DNA from: an archaeon
GTDB taxonomy: Archaea; Nanobdellota; Nanobdellia; SCGC-AAA011-G17; GW2011-AR17
DNA length: 64,000 nt
Assembly (NCBI GenBank): GCA_018656555.1
Contig: JABHZQ010000020.1
Span: 10,764-74,763 of the forward strand
Direction: 5' to 3'
The notes below the pieces were generated by a model, which worked only from the letters and a program-made list of their open reading frames with translations, was not told where the DNA came from and made no database searches. The translations under genes and the position numbers were made by a program. Positions 12,061 through 20,698 of this stretch are shown here, in pieces; the first letter of the stretch is position 1, and the number at the start of each line of letters is the position of its first letter.

Positions 12061-13290
12061 ATGAAAAAAATATTATTTATTGTGATGATTTTATTGATGG
12101 TAGGTAGTGTATCTGCTGTACAAACAGTTATAACAAAAACAGAGGAGTTTAGACTGGATTTGGTTAAGTATGATCCTTCACCAGTTCAACCTGGAGAGAC
12201 TTCTGATTTGCATTTTGAAATAACTAATTTACAAGATGAAATAGTAAATGATTTGGAATTTACTATTGTTGAAACCTTCCCCTTCTTTTTAGACGAATTT
12301 TTAGAGAATACTATTGAAATTGATAGTTTGGCTTCTGGAGAAATGGTTGAGTTTGTTGTCCCTATAAGTGTTAATGCAAATGTGGATGATGGGTTTTATA
12401 GTTTTAGTTTAGACTATTATTCCGAGGTACAGAATGCAAGAGTGAGTGAAGATTTTACAATTTATGTTCAGAGGGTTAATAGGATTGTTTCTGCAACAAG
12501 TATTGCTGTTGAGAGTTCAGGTGTTGAAAATATTCCTGGAATTTTGGAACCTGGGGAAATAGGTAAGATGAATGTTGTTGTTGAGAATTCTGCAGGATAT
12601 ACTATGGAAGATGTTTCTATTAAACTGTTATTAAATGCAAGTAGTGTGCCTTTTGCTCCTATTGGTTCTACTGCTGAGAAACATGTTGCTTCTATTGGTT
12701 CTGGCGATTATGAAAATGTAGTGTTTGATATTATTGCATTACCTGATGCAGATGCTGGAGTGTATAAAGTTTCATTTGAAATACAGTACTATGATGAATT
12801 AGGAAATTTATACGTTAGAAATGATTTGATTGGAATGGTTATTGGTAGTGTTCCTGAGTTTCATCTTGAAATAAAAGAGAGTGAGATAAAAGGAAGAGGT
12901 GGAACTGGTGATGTAACTTTGAATATTGTGAATACTGGCTTATCACAAGTTAAGTTTATGACTATTCAATTAGAAGAGAGTGAGGATTATGAGATTCTTT
13001 CGGAGGATATTCTTTATTTGGGAGATATTGATTCTGATGATGATGAATCAGCTACTTTCTTGTTAGATTTGAGAACATTAAGTGATAATGTTGAATTGCC
13101 TATAACTTTAAGTTTTAGAGATTCAAATAACCAGAGATATGAACAGAGCTTTACACCAGAGTTTACAATATATAATCTTGGTAATGGCGCATTAAGTGTT
13201 GGTTGGATTGTATCTATTGTTATAGTGTTGGCTGTTATAGGAATAATATTTAGGAAAAGGTTGAAAAAACTCTTTAAGAAAAAAAGATGA
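12061..13290 (+). CDS. exported protein with C-terminal TM anchor (ABC-operon associated)
   Basis: N-terminal signal sequence, C-terminal hydrophobic anchor plus KKRLKKLFKKKR; its stop overlaps the next gene (ATGA). Confidence 0.55.
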   Translation: MKKILFIVMILLMVGSVSAVQTVITKTEEFRLDLVKYDPSPVQPGETSDLHFEITNLQDEIVNDLEFTIVETFPFFLDEFLENTIEIDSLASGEMVEFVVPISVNANVDDGFYSFSLDYYSEVQNARVSEDFTIYVQRVNRIVSATSIAVESSGVENIPGILEPGEIGKMNVVVENSAGYTMEDVSIKLLLNASSVPFAPIGSTAEKHVASIGSGDYENVVFDIIALPDADAGVYKVSFEIQYYDELGNLYVRNDLIGMVIGSVPEFHLEIKESEIKGRGGTGDVTLNIVNTGLSQVKFMTIQLEESEDYEILSEDILYLGDIDSDDDESATFLLDLRTLSDNVELPITLSFRDSNNQRYEQSFTPEFTIYNLGNGALSVGWIVSIVIVLAVIGIIFRKRLKKLFKKKR

Positions 13291-14510
13291 TTAAGGATTA
13301 TGCTAAGTTAGCTTTAAGGAGTATTGTAACTAGAAAACTAAGAAGTTGGTTAACTGTAATTGGTATTTTTATTGGTATTGCAACTGTTGTTGCTTTGATT
13401 GCAGTTGGTCAAGGTATGGAGAAGGCTATAACTGAGCAGTTTGAAGAGTTAGGTACAGATAAAATAGTGATTAGTGCTGGTGGTGATGCAGCAGGTAGTG
13501 CTTTTGCAGCAGGGTTAGCCTCGAATCCAATAACTTATGATGACTTAGATGCTGTACAAGGGGTCAGAGGGGTTGATGTTGCAGCAGGAATGATTTCTAG
13601 ATTAGCTTTAGTAGAGTTTGATGATGAAACTAAAACAACTTGGGTTAGTGGATTTCCTACAGATGAAACTGCTAAAGTTGTTGAAGATATTCAATCTTTT
13701 GAGATATTAGAAGGAAGAGATATAGAAGCAGGTGATACTTATTCTGCAGTTGTAGGATATAATCTTTATATGGATGATTTTTTTGAAAAGCCTGTAGAGG
13801 CAAGAGACAAAATTTTCATTGAAGGAATTAAATTTAAAGTTGTAGGGGTTGTTGATAAGATTGGTAATGCTCAAGATGATACTCAAATTATAATTCCTAT
13901 TGATACAGCTAAGGAGATATTTGATACTGGTGATGATATTTATGGGATAATGGTGAAGATTGATGATGGTGAAGAGCCAAGTGTTGTTGCTGAGAGAATT
14001 GAGGAAGAGTTGAGAGATTTTAGAGATGAAGATGAAGGTGCTGAAAGTTTTCAAGTACAAACTTTTGAACAGATTTTAGAACAGGTTGGTGTTGTGTTGA
14101 ATATTATTAGTGCTGTGTTAATTGGTATTGCTGCTATTTCACTTTTAGTTGGTGGGGTTGGGATTATGAATACTATGTATACTGCTGTACTTGAAAGAAC
14201 CAAAGAGATTGGTATTATGAAATCTATTGGTGGAAGGAACAGTGATATTATGATGATATTTTTATTGGAGTCGGGGATGTATGGTTTGGTTGGTGGTGGT
14301 GTAGGTGTAATAGTTGGTGCTTTAATGAGTTTAATTGTTTCTAAGGTTGCAGGTGTTGCTTTAGGTATTGATTATTTTCAAGCAGATATAACTTGGTGGT
14401 TAATAGTTGGTGCTTTAACATTTTCTTTTGTTGTAGGAGTATTATCTGGAGTATTACCAGCTAAACAAGCTTCTAAAATGCAGCCAGTTGATGCACTTCG
14501 TTATGAATAA
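13287..14510 (+). CDS. ABC transporter permease, FtsX/MacB type
   Basis: 407 aa; N-terminal TM, large periplasmic domain, three C-terminal TMs with the FtsX-like motif MKSIGGRN. Confidence 0.8.
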   Translation: MIKDYAKLALRSIVTRKLRSWLTVIGIFIGIATVVALIAVGQGMEKAITEQFEELGTDKIVISAGGDAAGSAFAAGLASNPITYDDLDAVQGVRGVDVAAGMISRLALVEFDDETKTTWVSGFPTDETAKVVEDIQSFEILEGRDIEAGDTYSAVVGYNLYMDDFFEKPVEARDKIFIEGIKFKVVGVVDKIGNAQDDTQIIIPIDTAKEIFDTGDDIYGIMVKIDDGEEPSVVAERIEEELRDFRDEDEGAESFQVQTFEQILEQVGVVLNIISAVLIGIAAISLLVGGVGIMNTMYTAVLERTKEIGIMKSIGGRNSDIMMIFLLESGMYGLVGGGVGVIVGALMSLIVSKVAGVALGIDYFQADITWWLIVGALTFSFVVGVLSGVLPAKQASKMQPVDALRYE

Positions 14511-14542
14511 AATTTTTAAAGGGAAGATTTCTTTTTTTATTT

Positions 14543-14920
14543 ATGGGATTGAAGGATGATGTTTTTGGGGCTTTTGTGAGGGCTAATGAGTTGCAGAGAG
14601 TTCCTGAATTTTCGAAGGCAGGTAGAGATGATCCTCTTTATGTTAAAGATGAAGTTCCTGCTAGAAGAAGTGAGATTGAGAGAACAATTGGCTTTGCTGG
14701 GTTTGTTGATGGATATCAGGGAAGAGAAGAAAGATTTAGGGGACCAAGAGGAAGTCTTGAAGCTGCTAGAACTGGAGGTGTAGATGGAATTCTTGATAGG
14801 TTGGCTGAATTTTCTCCTGATGGAGAAGAAATTGCAAGGGGATATAGAGAAATGGTAGGAGATCCTAGTGAGGCTTATGCTAAACAGTATAGAAGAGGTC
14901 TAGCTGCTTCTAAATTATGA
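14543..14920 (+). CDS. hypothetical protein
   Basis: 125-aa ORF, Arg/Gly/Glu-rich, no recognised motif. Confidence 0.35.
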   Translation: MGLKDDVFGAFVRANELQRVPEFSKAGRDDPLYVKDEVPARRSEIERTIGFAGFVDGYQGREERFRGPRGSLEAARTGGVDGILDRLAEFSPDGEEIARGYREMVGDPSEAYAKQYRRGLAASKL

Positions 14921-14977
14921 AAAGATTTTTAATTTTTTTAGGATAACTTTTTTAAATGTTGGTTCTAGTGATGTATT

Positions 14978-15652
14978 ATGGACATTTCTGAAAGAAATAA
15001 GAAAGTAGCTTTAGCTAGGTGGGAAAATTGCTTTATAAAACAAAGAGAGAGAATAAAGAAAGATCCTTCTAGTTTGATTAAGAAAGCAATTATTTGTGGT
15101 TTCCTTGCTGGTGATGGCAATATACAAATAAGGAGAGATTCTTCTAATTATGAGATAAGATTTTTTCCAGATGATGCCTATATGCTACAAGTTTATTGTG
15201 AATTAATGGAAGAATTATATGATAAATGTCCTTCTGTTTTTATTGAGAAAGGATCTTTTAATGCTAGGTTGACTTCAAAAGTGATTGTTGAGGATATTAT
15301 TTCTTATTCTAATTTTGGATTAGAAAAGTGGGATTTACCTGAGGAATTATTTTTAATTCCAAATGCTAAAGAATATTGGATAAGTGCTTTCTTTTCAGGA
15401 GAGGCATATGTTGGAAAAAATCATATTAAGGTTCAAACAATAAATAAAAGTGGGATGGAAAAACTTTCTAATTTGTTATTTGATTGTGGAATAAATCATA
15501 AATTTTATCAATATTGTCCTAAAAGGAGTAATCATTCTATAGTTTATATTATTTGCATATTGAAGAAGAAAGATCGAAAGTTATTTTATGACAAAATTGG
15601 TTTTTTTCATAGAGAAAAGACTATTAAGTTACAGAAATCGTTAAATTTATAA
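14978..15652 (+). CDS. LAGLIDADG homing endonuclease (free-standing, double-motif)
   Basis: Motif 1 ICGFLAGDGNI and motif 2 ISAFFSGEAYV; 224 aa. Confidence 0.75.
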   Translation: MDISERNKKVALARWENCFIKQRERIKKDPSSLIKKAIICGFLAGDGNIQIRRDSSNYEIRFFPDDAYMLQVYCELMEELYDKCPSVFIEKGSFNARLTSKVIVEDIISYSNFGLEKWDLPEELFLIPNAKEYWISAFFSGEAYVGKNHIKVQTINKSGMEKLSNLLFDCGINHKFYQYCPKRSNHSIVYIICILKKKDRKLFYDKIGFFHREKTIKLQKSLNL

Positions 15653-15677
15653 AATACCTTGTAATCTGACTCTTTAT

Positions 15678-15814
15678 GCCGAGGTGGCACAATCTGGTAC
15701 TGCGCAGATTGTCTTTCTAGGTTGAAAGATAAGTGTAAGCCTGGAAAGAAGTTCTTTTCAAGACTAGATAGCCTGTTTCCTTTGGATATCTGGGTTCGAA
15801 TCCCAGCCTCGGCG
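15678..15814 (+). tRNA. intron-containing tRNA, isotype unresolved by eye
   Basis: Acceptor GCCGAGG/CCTCGGC with discriminator G; D-loop AATCTGGTA; T-arm CTGGG-TTCGAAT-CCCAG. About 137 nt, implying an intron of about 60 nt. No encoded CCA. The 3' end is the att core of the integrated element. Confidence 0.6.
15801..15814. repeat. attL core (tRNA 3' end)
   Basis: tcccagcctcggcg; the extended match also covers the preceding gggttcgaa. Confidence 0.7.
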
Positions 15815-15840
15815 TAATACCTTTATGGCGTCTATCTTGA

Positions 15841-16575
15841 CTATTTCTTCTTAGCCTCCTTGTTTTTGTTTATCTTTGGTTTTTTCTTTTTCCTCCAATC
15901 TGATACTATTTTATCTTTTTTTGCAATCAGTTGGTCTCTTTCTTTTTTTAATTCCTTAGGAATTTCAAATTGTTCATTATATTCTTTATTTGCCCTTCTT
16001 AATTTTGATTCTTCCTCTTTCATTTCTTTATATTCCTTTGTTTTTGTCATTTTTAAGAATGCAGAGGATTTCTTTACCTTGTTTAACTTTGTTCTGAATT
16101 TCTTTTCGTAACTTACCTTTTTCCTACCTAATTTTTTAAGTTCTGGAGAACTTTTTACCATATCTGTGGCTTTATTCCTTATGTTAATCAATTCTGTGTC
16201 TATTTTGGCTAATTCTTCAAGTTTTATAATATCCTTTTTGTTTTTTATTAATGGAATTTTTTTCCAATTTGTTCTTGCGTTTATTCTTAGACCTTCTTTT
16301 GTTGCATAGTATTTCCAATCACTATCTTTTTTGAGCCTTGCGCCCTTTAAATGATGTAAATTTAGCCTGAACTGAACTTCTCCAACTTTTTCATCTTCTG
16401 GTTTTCTTAATATAATCTGATTTTCATCTGCCTTAACTAATAGTTCCATTGTAACCTCATCTTGAGTAGGATTTTTAACCCATTGTAAAGCTCTAAGCCA
16501 CTCTATAGGAACATATACAAAGAACTTTTGCTTTCCCTCATGCCGTCCTTTGTTTTTATATTTCTTCATAACCAT
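15841..16575 (-). CDS. lysine-rich protein, possible AbrB/MazE-like N-terminal DNA-binding domain
   Basis: 244 aa; the N-terminus FFVYVPIEWLRAL...ILRKPED resembles a swapped-hairpin fold; long KE-rich coiled tail. Confidence 0.35.
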   Translation of the reverse strand: MVMKKYKNKGRHEGKQKFFVYVPIEWLRALQWVKNPTQDEVTMELLVKADENQIILRKPEDEKVGEVQFRLNLHHLKGARLKKDSDWKYYATKEGLRINARTNWKKIPLIKNKKDIIKLEELAKIDTELINIRNKATDMVKSSPELKKLGRKKVSYEKKFRTKLNKVKKSSAFLKMTKTKEYKEMKEEESKLRRANKEYNEQFEIPKELKKERDQLIAKKDKIVSDWRKKKKPKINKNKEAKKK

Positions 16576-16577
16576 CT

Positions 16578-16630
16578 TGTAATGTATAAAGCATTACAGC
16601 TATATAAACCTTTCTATTAGGGTATACCCT
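16578..16630. promoter_or_regulatory. divergent control region with palindromic operators
   Basis: Inverted repeat tgtaatg-tataaag-cattaca (16578-16598); perfect 12-bp palindrome agggtataccct (16619-16630); TATA-like tatataaa and ctataaaat serving the two divergent genes. Confidence 0.45.
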
Positions 16631-16684
16631 TTCAAAAAGGGCACACCCCATATTTTAACTATAAAATGTCACATTATATGCACT

Positions 16685-16843
16685 ATGAAAAAAGAAACAT
16701 ACTTGCAGTTTAGAACAACTGAGGATGAAAAGGAATTAATCCTTAACAATATGAGGAAGCAGAGATTTAGAAGTTTTTCTGAATGGGCAAGAATTGTTCT
16801 TATGAATTGTGAGGTAGAAGATGAAACTAACACAATTGGATGA
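16685..16843 (+). CDS. ribbon-helix-helix (CopG-like) regulator, 52 aa (absent from the ORF track)
   Basis: MKKETYLQFRTTEDEKELILNNMRKQRFRSFSEWARIVLMNCE...: a beta strand followed by two helices; TATA about 20 nt upstream. Confidence 0.45.
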   Translation: MKKETYLQFRTTEDEKELILNNMRKQRFRSFSEWARIVLMNCEVEDETNTIG

Positions 16844-16924
16844 AAATATTGAAAAGAGCTTTTCTCCTGAAATCAGGAAGATTAGAGAGTTCTATTTCAA
16901 AAAAATTATAGGAGGAAATGAAAA

Positions 16925-17185
16925 ATGGTAGCAGCAACAATAACAAGGACAATCGAGACAGCACAACCAAAATGTGAAATAGTAGTATTGACTGTATCAG
17001 ATGGAGAATCTTATCGGAGTAGAAAATTCGAGAATATTCAATCAGCTCATGTTTCTTCAAACAAAGTTAGTGCAGTTTTAACATCAGTACCATCTGTTGA
17101 ATATAATACTTCATCAGCCGTTGTGACAGTGCACTGGTCAGAACAAACAGATCAATTAGCAACATTAGTCCTTTGGGGCAATTAA
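16925..17185 (+). CDS. hypothetical protein (element)
   Basis: 86 aa; SD-like GGAGGA 10 nt upstream; beta-rich and T/S/V-rich. Confidence 0.45.
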   Translation: MVAATITRTIETAQPKCEIVVLTVSDGESYRSRKFENIQSAHVSSNKVSAVLTSVPSVEYNTSSAVVTVHWSEQTDQLATLVLWGN

Positions 17186-17239
17186 GACATATACAAAAGA
17201 GATAATTGGTGTGGCTGAGAAGTCACAAGGAAATAAATT

Positions 17240-17650
17240 ATGAAAGAAATAAAGAAAACAGATTGGATAACCTTTGAGAAAGACAAACATGGTATTCAAT
17301 TAAGAGAAGCACATGAAATTCTTGGTGTATCTACACCTTGCCAAATTGAATTAGAGCAAAAAGGCAAATACAAAGTTGTTAGAAGAGGGATTAAACAAGA
17401 AAAGATTCCTATGTATATTCGAGCAACATTGGTTGCTTCTAATTTTAACAATGATAAACTCTGTGGGATGTATCTATGTTATGGAAATTCCCCAATGATG
17501 TGGATACAGACCAATGAGTTTACTAAATTCAGGTTGAGTGATGATAAACCTGAACACAAAACACCTGTCTATCTTGGGCATTTGGTGTATAAATGTTCTG
17601 CAAAGCAGAAGGGAGATAAAAATGAAGAAAAAGGAAATACCACAAGTTAA
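17240..17650 (+). CDS. hypothetical protein, possible excisionase-like HTH
   Basis: 136 aa; IQLREAHEILGVSTPCQIELEQKG looks HTH-like. Confidence 0.35.
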   Translation: MKEIKKTDWITFEKDKHGIQLREAHEILGVSTPCQIELEQKGKYKVVRRGIKQEKIPMYIRATLVASNFNNDKLCGMYLCYGNSPMMWIQTNEFTKFRLSDDKPEHKTPVYLGHLVYKCSAKQKGDKNEEKGNTTS

Positions 17651-17858
17651 GGCATTTATTGACGAAGACTATAATCAAATTACATTCTGGTGTTGTTTCT
17701 GCCAAACATGGCATCGTCATGGACAAGGTTATGGACACAGAGGTGCTCATTGTCATTTTCATAGCCCTATGAGAGATTATGAACTAATAGGATATACTGA
17801 CAAGGAACTGAAAAAGATTCTAAGAATGGTGAAGGAGCAGTTGGGTATTGTAAAATGA
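17622..17858 (+). CDS. Cys/His-rich putative zinc-binding small protein
   Basis: Probable start at ATG 17622 (the ORF track extends to 17538); CCFCQTWHRHGQGYGHRGAHCHFH. Confidence 0.4.
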   Translation: MKKKEIPQVKAFIDEDYNQITFWCCFCQTWHRHGQGYGHRGAHCHFHSPMRDYELIGYTDKELKKILRMVKEQLGIVK

Positions 17859-19588
17859 AGATATCTAATCAATTACAAAGAGATGATTTGAGGTTTATCT
17901 TATTGAAATATAAGAATAAATCTGCTCTTGAGGAAGGATGGAATAAAGATGTTAATTATTCATTTTCTAATCCAAAATTAACCAAACACATTGAAGAAGG
18001 TAAGAATTATGGGTTAATTTGTGGTAATGGTCTTATTGTAATTGATGCAGATACTAAAAGGTTGAATGAAATCGTTAAAGAGAAACTACCTGAGACATTT
18101 TCTGTAAAAACAGCAAAGGGTTACCATTACTACTACTGGTGTCTTGATTTCTTGAAGAAAAAGGTGTTGAATGATGGAAGCGAACACTTGGGAGAGATAC
18201 AATCTAATGGTTCTTATGTTGTTGCTCCTAATTCAATACATCCTTCTGGTAGGATATATGAAGTATCTAAAGATGTTGAGATTGCTGAGTTAGATAAAGA
18301 ATATATAGATAATTTATTTAATAAATACTATAGTTCTGAAAGATTAGGTAAGGAAGTTATTCTAGATGGTGTTGAATCTGGGATGAGAAATGATAGTATG
18401 TTTAAATTGGCATGTAGCTTTAGAACTAAAGACCTTACACCTGAAGAGACATATCAAACATTGGATAGTATCAATCAAAAGAATAGTCCTCCTCTTTCTG
18501 AATATGAGTTGAAGAAAGTAATAGAAAGTGCTTATAATTATAAGAATGAAGATTACTCAAAGCTACAAACTGAGTTTTCTGATTTAGAAGTTAGTTCGCT
18601 AAGGGATATGATGATTAAAGGTGTTCCAGAGATTGAATGGAGGATAAAGAATTTAGTTCCTCAAAGTGGAATTACAATAATAGGAGGTACTGCAGGAGCT
18701 TACAAGAGTTGGGCTGTTATGAATATGGCAATATGTTGTTCAAGAGGGTATGATTTCTTGGATAAATACAAAGTTGAGCCTTGTAAGGTGTTGTATGTTG
18801 ATGAAGAGAACGGAAATGTTACAGTTCCAGTTAGGATGAAGATGTTATTGCATGGTTTTGGTTTGGATGGTACTGAAATTGAGCTGAATGATATTGTTTT
18901 TTCAATATTTAACAATGTTACACTAGATACACCTGGAGGGAGTAAGAAATTAAGGTATCTCATTGAGAAACATAAGCCGAGATTAATTGTTATTGATAGT
19001 ATGGTGAGGTGTATGCAGGGTGTTGAAGATAAATCCTCCGATGTTAGAGCTGTTTTTGATAACTTGAAGAATATCTTTAAAGATTATTCAGATTTGGCTT
19101 TTGTTATATTGCATCACACTGTTAAAACTACTGGAAGACATCTTAGTATGACAAAACTAAGAGGTTCTGGAGACTTCGCTGCATTTTCTGATGTTGTTTT
19201 GATGTTTAGTGCTTATCATAAGTATGTCAATAGAGTTTATGTTGGGATTGAGAAGAATAGACATGTTAACATGCAAGATGTTCCAAACTTTGCCTTTGAT
19301 GTTGTAAACACTGATAGAGATGGTTTAAAATTAGTTTATTCAAAGGAAACTGCTGAGCAAGATGCTATTGAGGATTGTAAGTTAGACATACTAAATTGGA
19401 TAGAAGAGGAAGATATTAAGGAATTTGCAACGAAGTTTACTCTAAACTCCATGTATAAACTAGGACACAAGAAAAATACTATTTATTCTACGCTAAAGAG
19501 GATGGTTCAAGATGGAGATATCAGTAAACTAAAGCGTGGATTATATCAATCTAAGGAGGTAAATTTATCGACTGAAGACAAGAGTTAG
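17855..19588 (+). CDS. replication protein: PrimPol-type primase-polymerase fused to a RecA/DnaB-like ATPase (helicase)
   Basis: N-terminal GLICGNGLIVIDADTK, YHYYYW and SYVVAPNSIHPSGRIYE (Prim-Pol domain); C-terminal P-loop IIGGTAGAYKSW and Walker B VLYVDEENG. Confidence 0.8.
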   Translation: MKISNQLQRDDLRFILLKYKNKSALEEGWNKDVNYSFSNPKLTKHIEEGKNYGLICGNGLIVIDADTKRLNEIVKEKLPETFSVKTAKGYHYYYWCLDFLKKKVLNDGSEHLGEIQSNGSYVVAPNSIHPSGRIYEVSKDVEIAELDKEYIDNLFNKYYSSERLGKEVILDGVESGMRNDSMFKLACSFRTKDLTPEETYQTLDSINQKNSPPLSEYELKKVIESAYNYKNEDYSKLQTEFSDLEVSSLRDMMIKGVPEIEWRIKNLVPQSGITIIGGTAGAYKSWAVMNMAICCSRGYDFLDKYKVEPCKVLYVDEENGNVTVPVRMKMLLHGFGLDGTEIELNDIVFSIFNNVTLDTPGGSKKLRYLIEKHKPRLIVIDSMVRCMQGVEDKSSDVRAVFDNLKNIFKDYSDLAFVILHHTVKTTGRHLSMTKLRGSGDFAAFSDVVLMFSAYHKYVNRVYVGIEKNRHVNMQDVPNFAFDVVNTDRDGLKLVYSKETAEQDAIEDCKLDILNWIEEEDIKEFATKFTLNSMYKLGHKKNTIYSTLKRMVQDGDISKLKRGLYQSKEVNLSTEDKS

Positions 19589-19723
19589 TTTACAGTAAAC
19601 TAAGTGAGTAAACTACGTAAACTAAGGCTATAGTTTTGTAATCAGTAAAAACACAAACTAACTAACTGAAAGTTAGTTTGTTTACTGATTTACTATAGGG
19701 GACAAACTAAACTAAGACTTTGT
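19589..19723. repeat. iteron-like repeat cluster (putative origin or regulatory region)
   Basis: Three GTAAACTA(A/C)G copies (starting 19595, 19608, 19617) plus an inverted AGTTTAC; perfect 11-bp inverted repeat acaaactaact...agttagtttgt (19653-19681). Confidence 0.45.
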
Positions 19724-20185
19724 ATGATAATAGAGAAAATGGGGGAATTTCCAAGTAAAAAGCATCAGTTCAAAGCTGGTAAAAAGCACCAAATTACTGC
19801 AAAAGAGGCAGGAGCAATAGGAGGACGTGTTAAATCGCAGAAGAAGAACATTGCTCAGAAGTTTAGATGGTTAAAGCAGAAAGGGATTACAGATGAGAAC
19901 TTTGAAGAGTTAGTTCAATGGGTACAAGACAGAGAATATTCTATAATGTATACTTGTGAGTATCTCAAGAAAGCTCAAGATAGTTGCAAAACAACAAGTG
20001 AGAAGATAGCATTAGCTAAGGCATACATGCAGTTAATAGAGCTAAATCATGGCAAGAAGAACATAAATTTGAATTTAGATGTGACAAAAGAATGGAGCTC
20101 TCTAAAAGAGTTCTTAGAAGAAAATACAATATCTGTGGAGGCAGAACAAGATGAAAAAATACATAACAAAGAAGGTAATGAATGA
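19724..20185 (+). CDS. hypothetical protein (position consistent with a terminase small subunit)
   Basis: 153 aa, basic N-terminus, immediately upstream of TerL. Called on position only. Confidence 0.3.
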   Translation: MIIEKMGEFPSKKHQFKAGKKHQITAKEAGAIGGRVKSQKKNIAQKFRWLKQKGITDENFEELVQWVQDREYSIMYTCEYLKKAQDSCKTTSEKIALAKAYMQLIELNHGKKNINLNLDVTKEWSSLKEFLEENTISVEAEQDEKIHNKEGNE

Positions 20186-20612
20186 AGAAAAAGTGAAAGT
20201 AGACGCAAGAATAAAAGAATTAGAAGACCAGTTGAATGAGAACAACAGAAGGCAACAGGAATTATCCAGATATAAGTTAAAGAAACATAACATAGAAAGT
20301 GAGGAGAAGAAACAATATGTAAAGGATATACAAGAGGAAAGAAAAAGATTAGAGAAAGAAGCAGTGACTGAGGTAGATTTAAAAGGTGTTTGTAGAAAAT
20401 GTGGTTCTAAATTAGATATATATGGAGATACATTTCGTGAAGATGTGATGGGTGGTGAAACATCAATTATTCTAGAGGCTATCTGTCCAAAATGCACCTT
20501 TGAGGTTAAACACACTGAAAATTTGAAACTTAAGAATGGAATCAGTTATAAAATAATTCCACGAAAAAGAAGTATCTACAACCTCATAAACAAGGGACAT
20601 CCAATTTTTTAA
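20151..20612 (+). CDS. coiled-coil protein with C-terminal zinc ribbon
   Basis: CRKCGS...CPKC. Confidence 0.4.
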   Translation: MKKYITKKVMNEEKVKVDARIKELEDQLNENNRRQQELSRYKLKKHNIESEEKKQYVKDIQEERKRLEKEAVTEVDLKGVCRKCGSKLDIYGDTFREDVMGGETSIILEAICPKCTFEVKHTENLKLKNGISYKIIPRKRSIYNLINKGHPIF

Positions 20613-20698
20613 TCTTGTAGAAATATTGCTATTTTTTTGACAGGGGGGATTTGAACATCTCCTCCTCTTTGGCCTCCTTAGATTAATTATACGGTTGT

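Noticed and set aside
15678-15814. Assigning the intron-containing tRNA an isotype (Ser/Leu from the GCCGAGGT start, Asp from GTC, or Cys from CTGCGCAGA)
   Set aside because: None of the exon and intron placements I tried gave a canonical anticodon stem-loop (U33, purine 37). The isotype is left unresolved rather than guessed.
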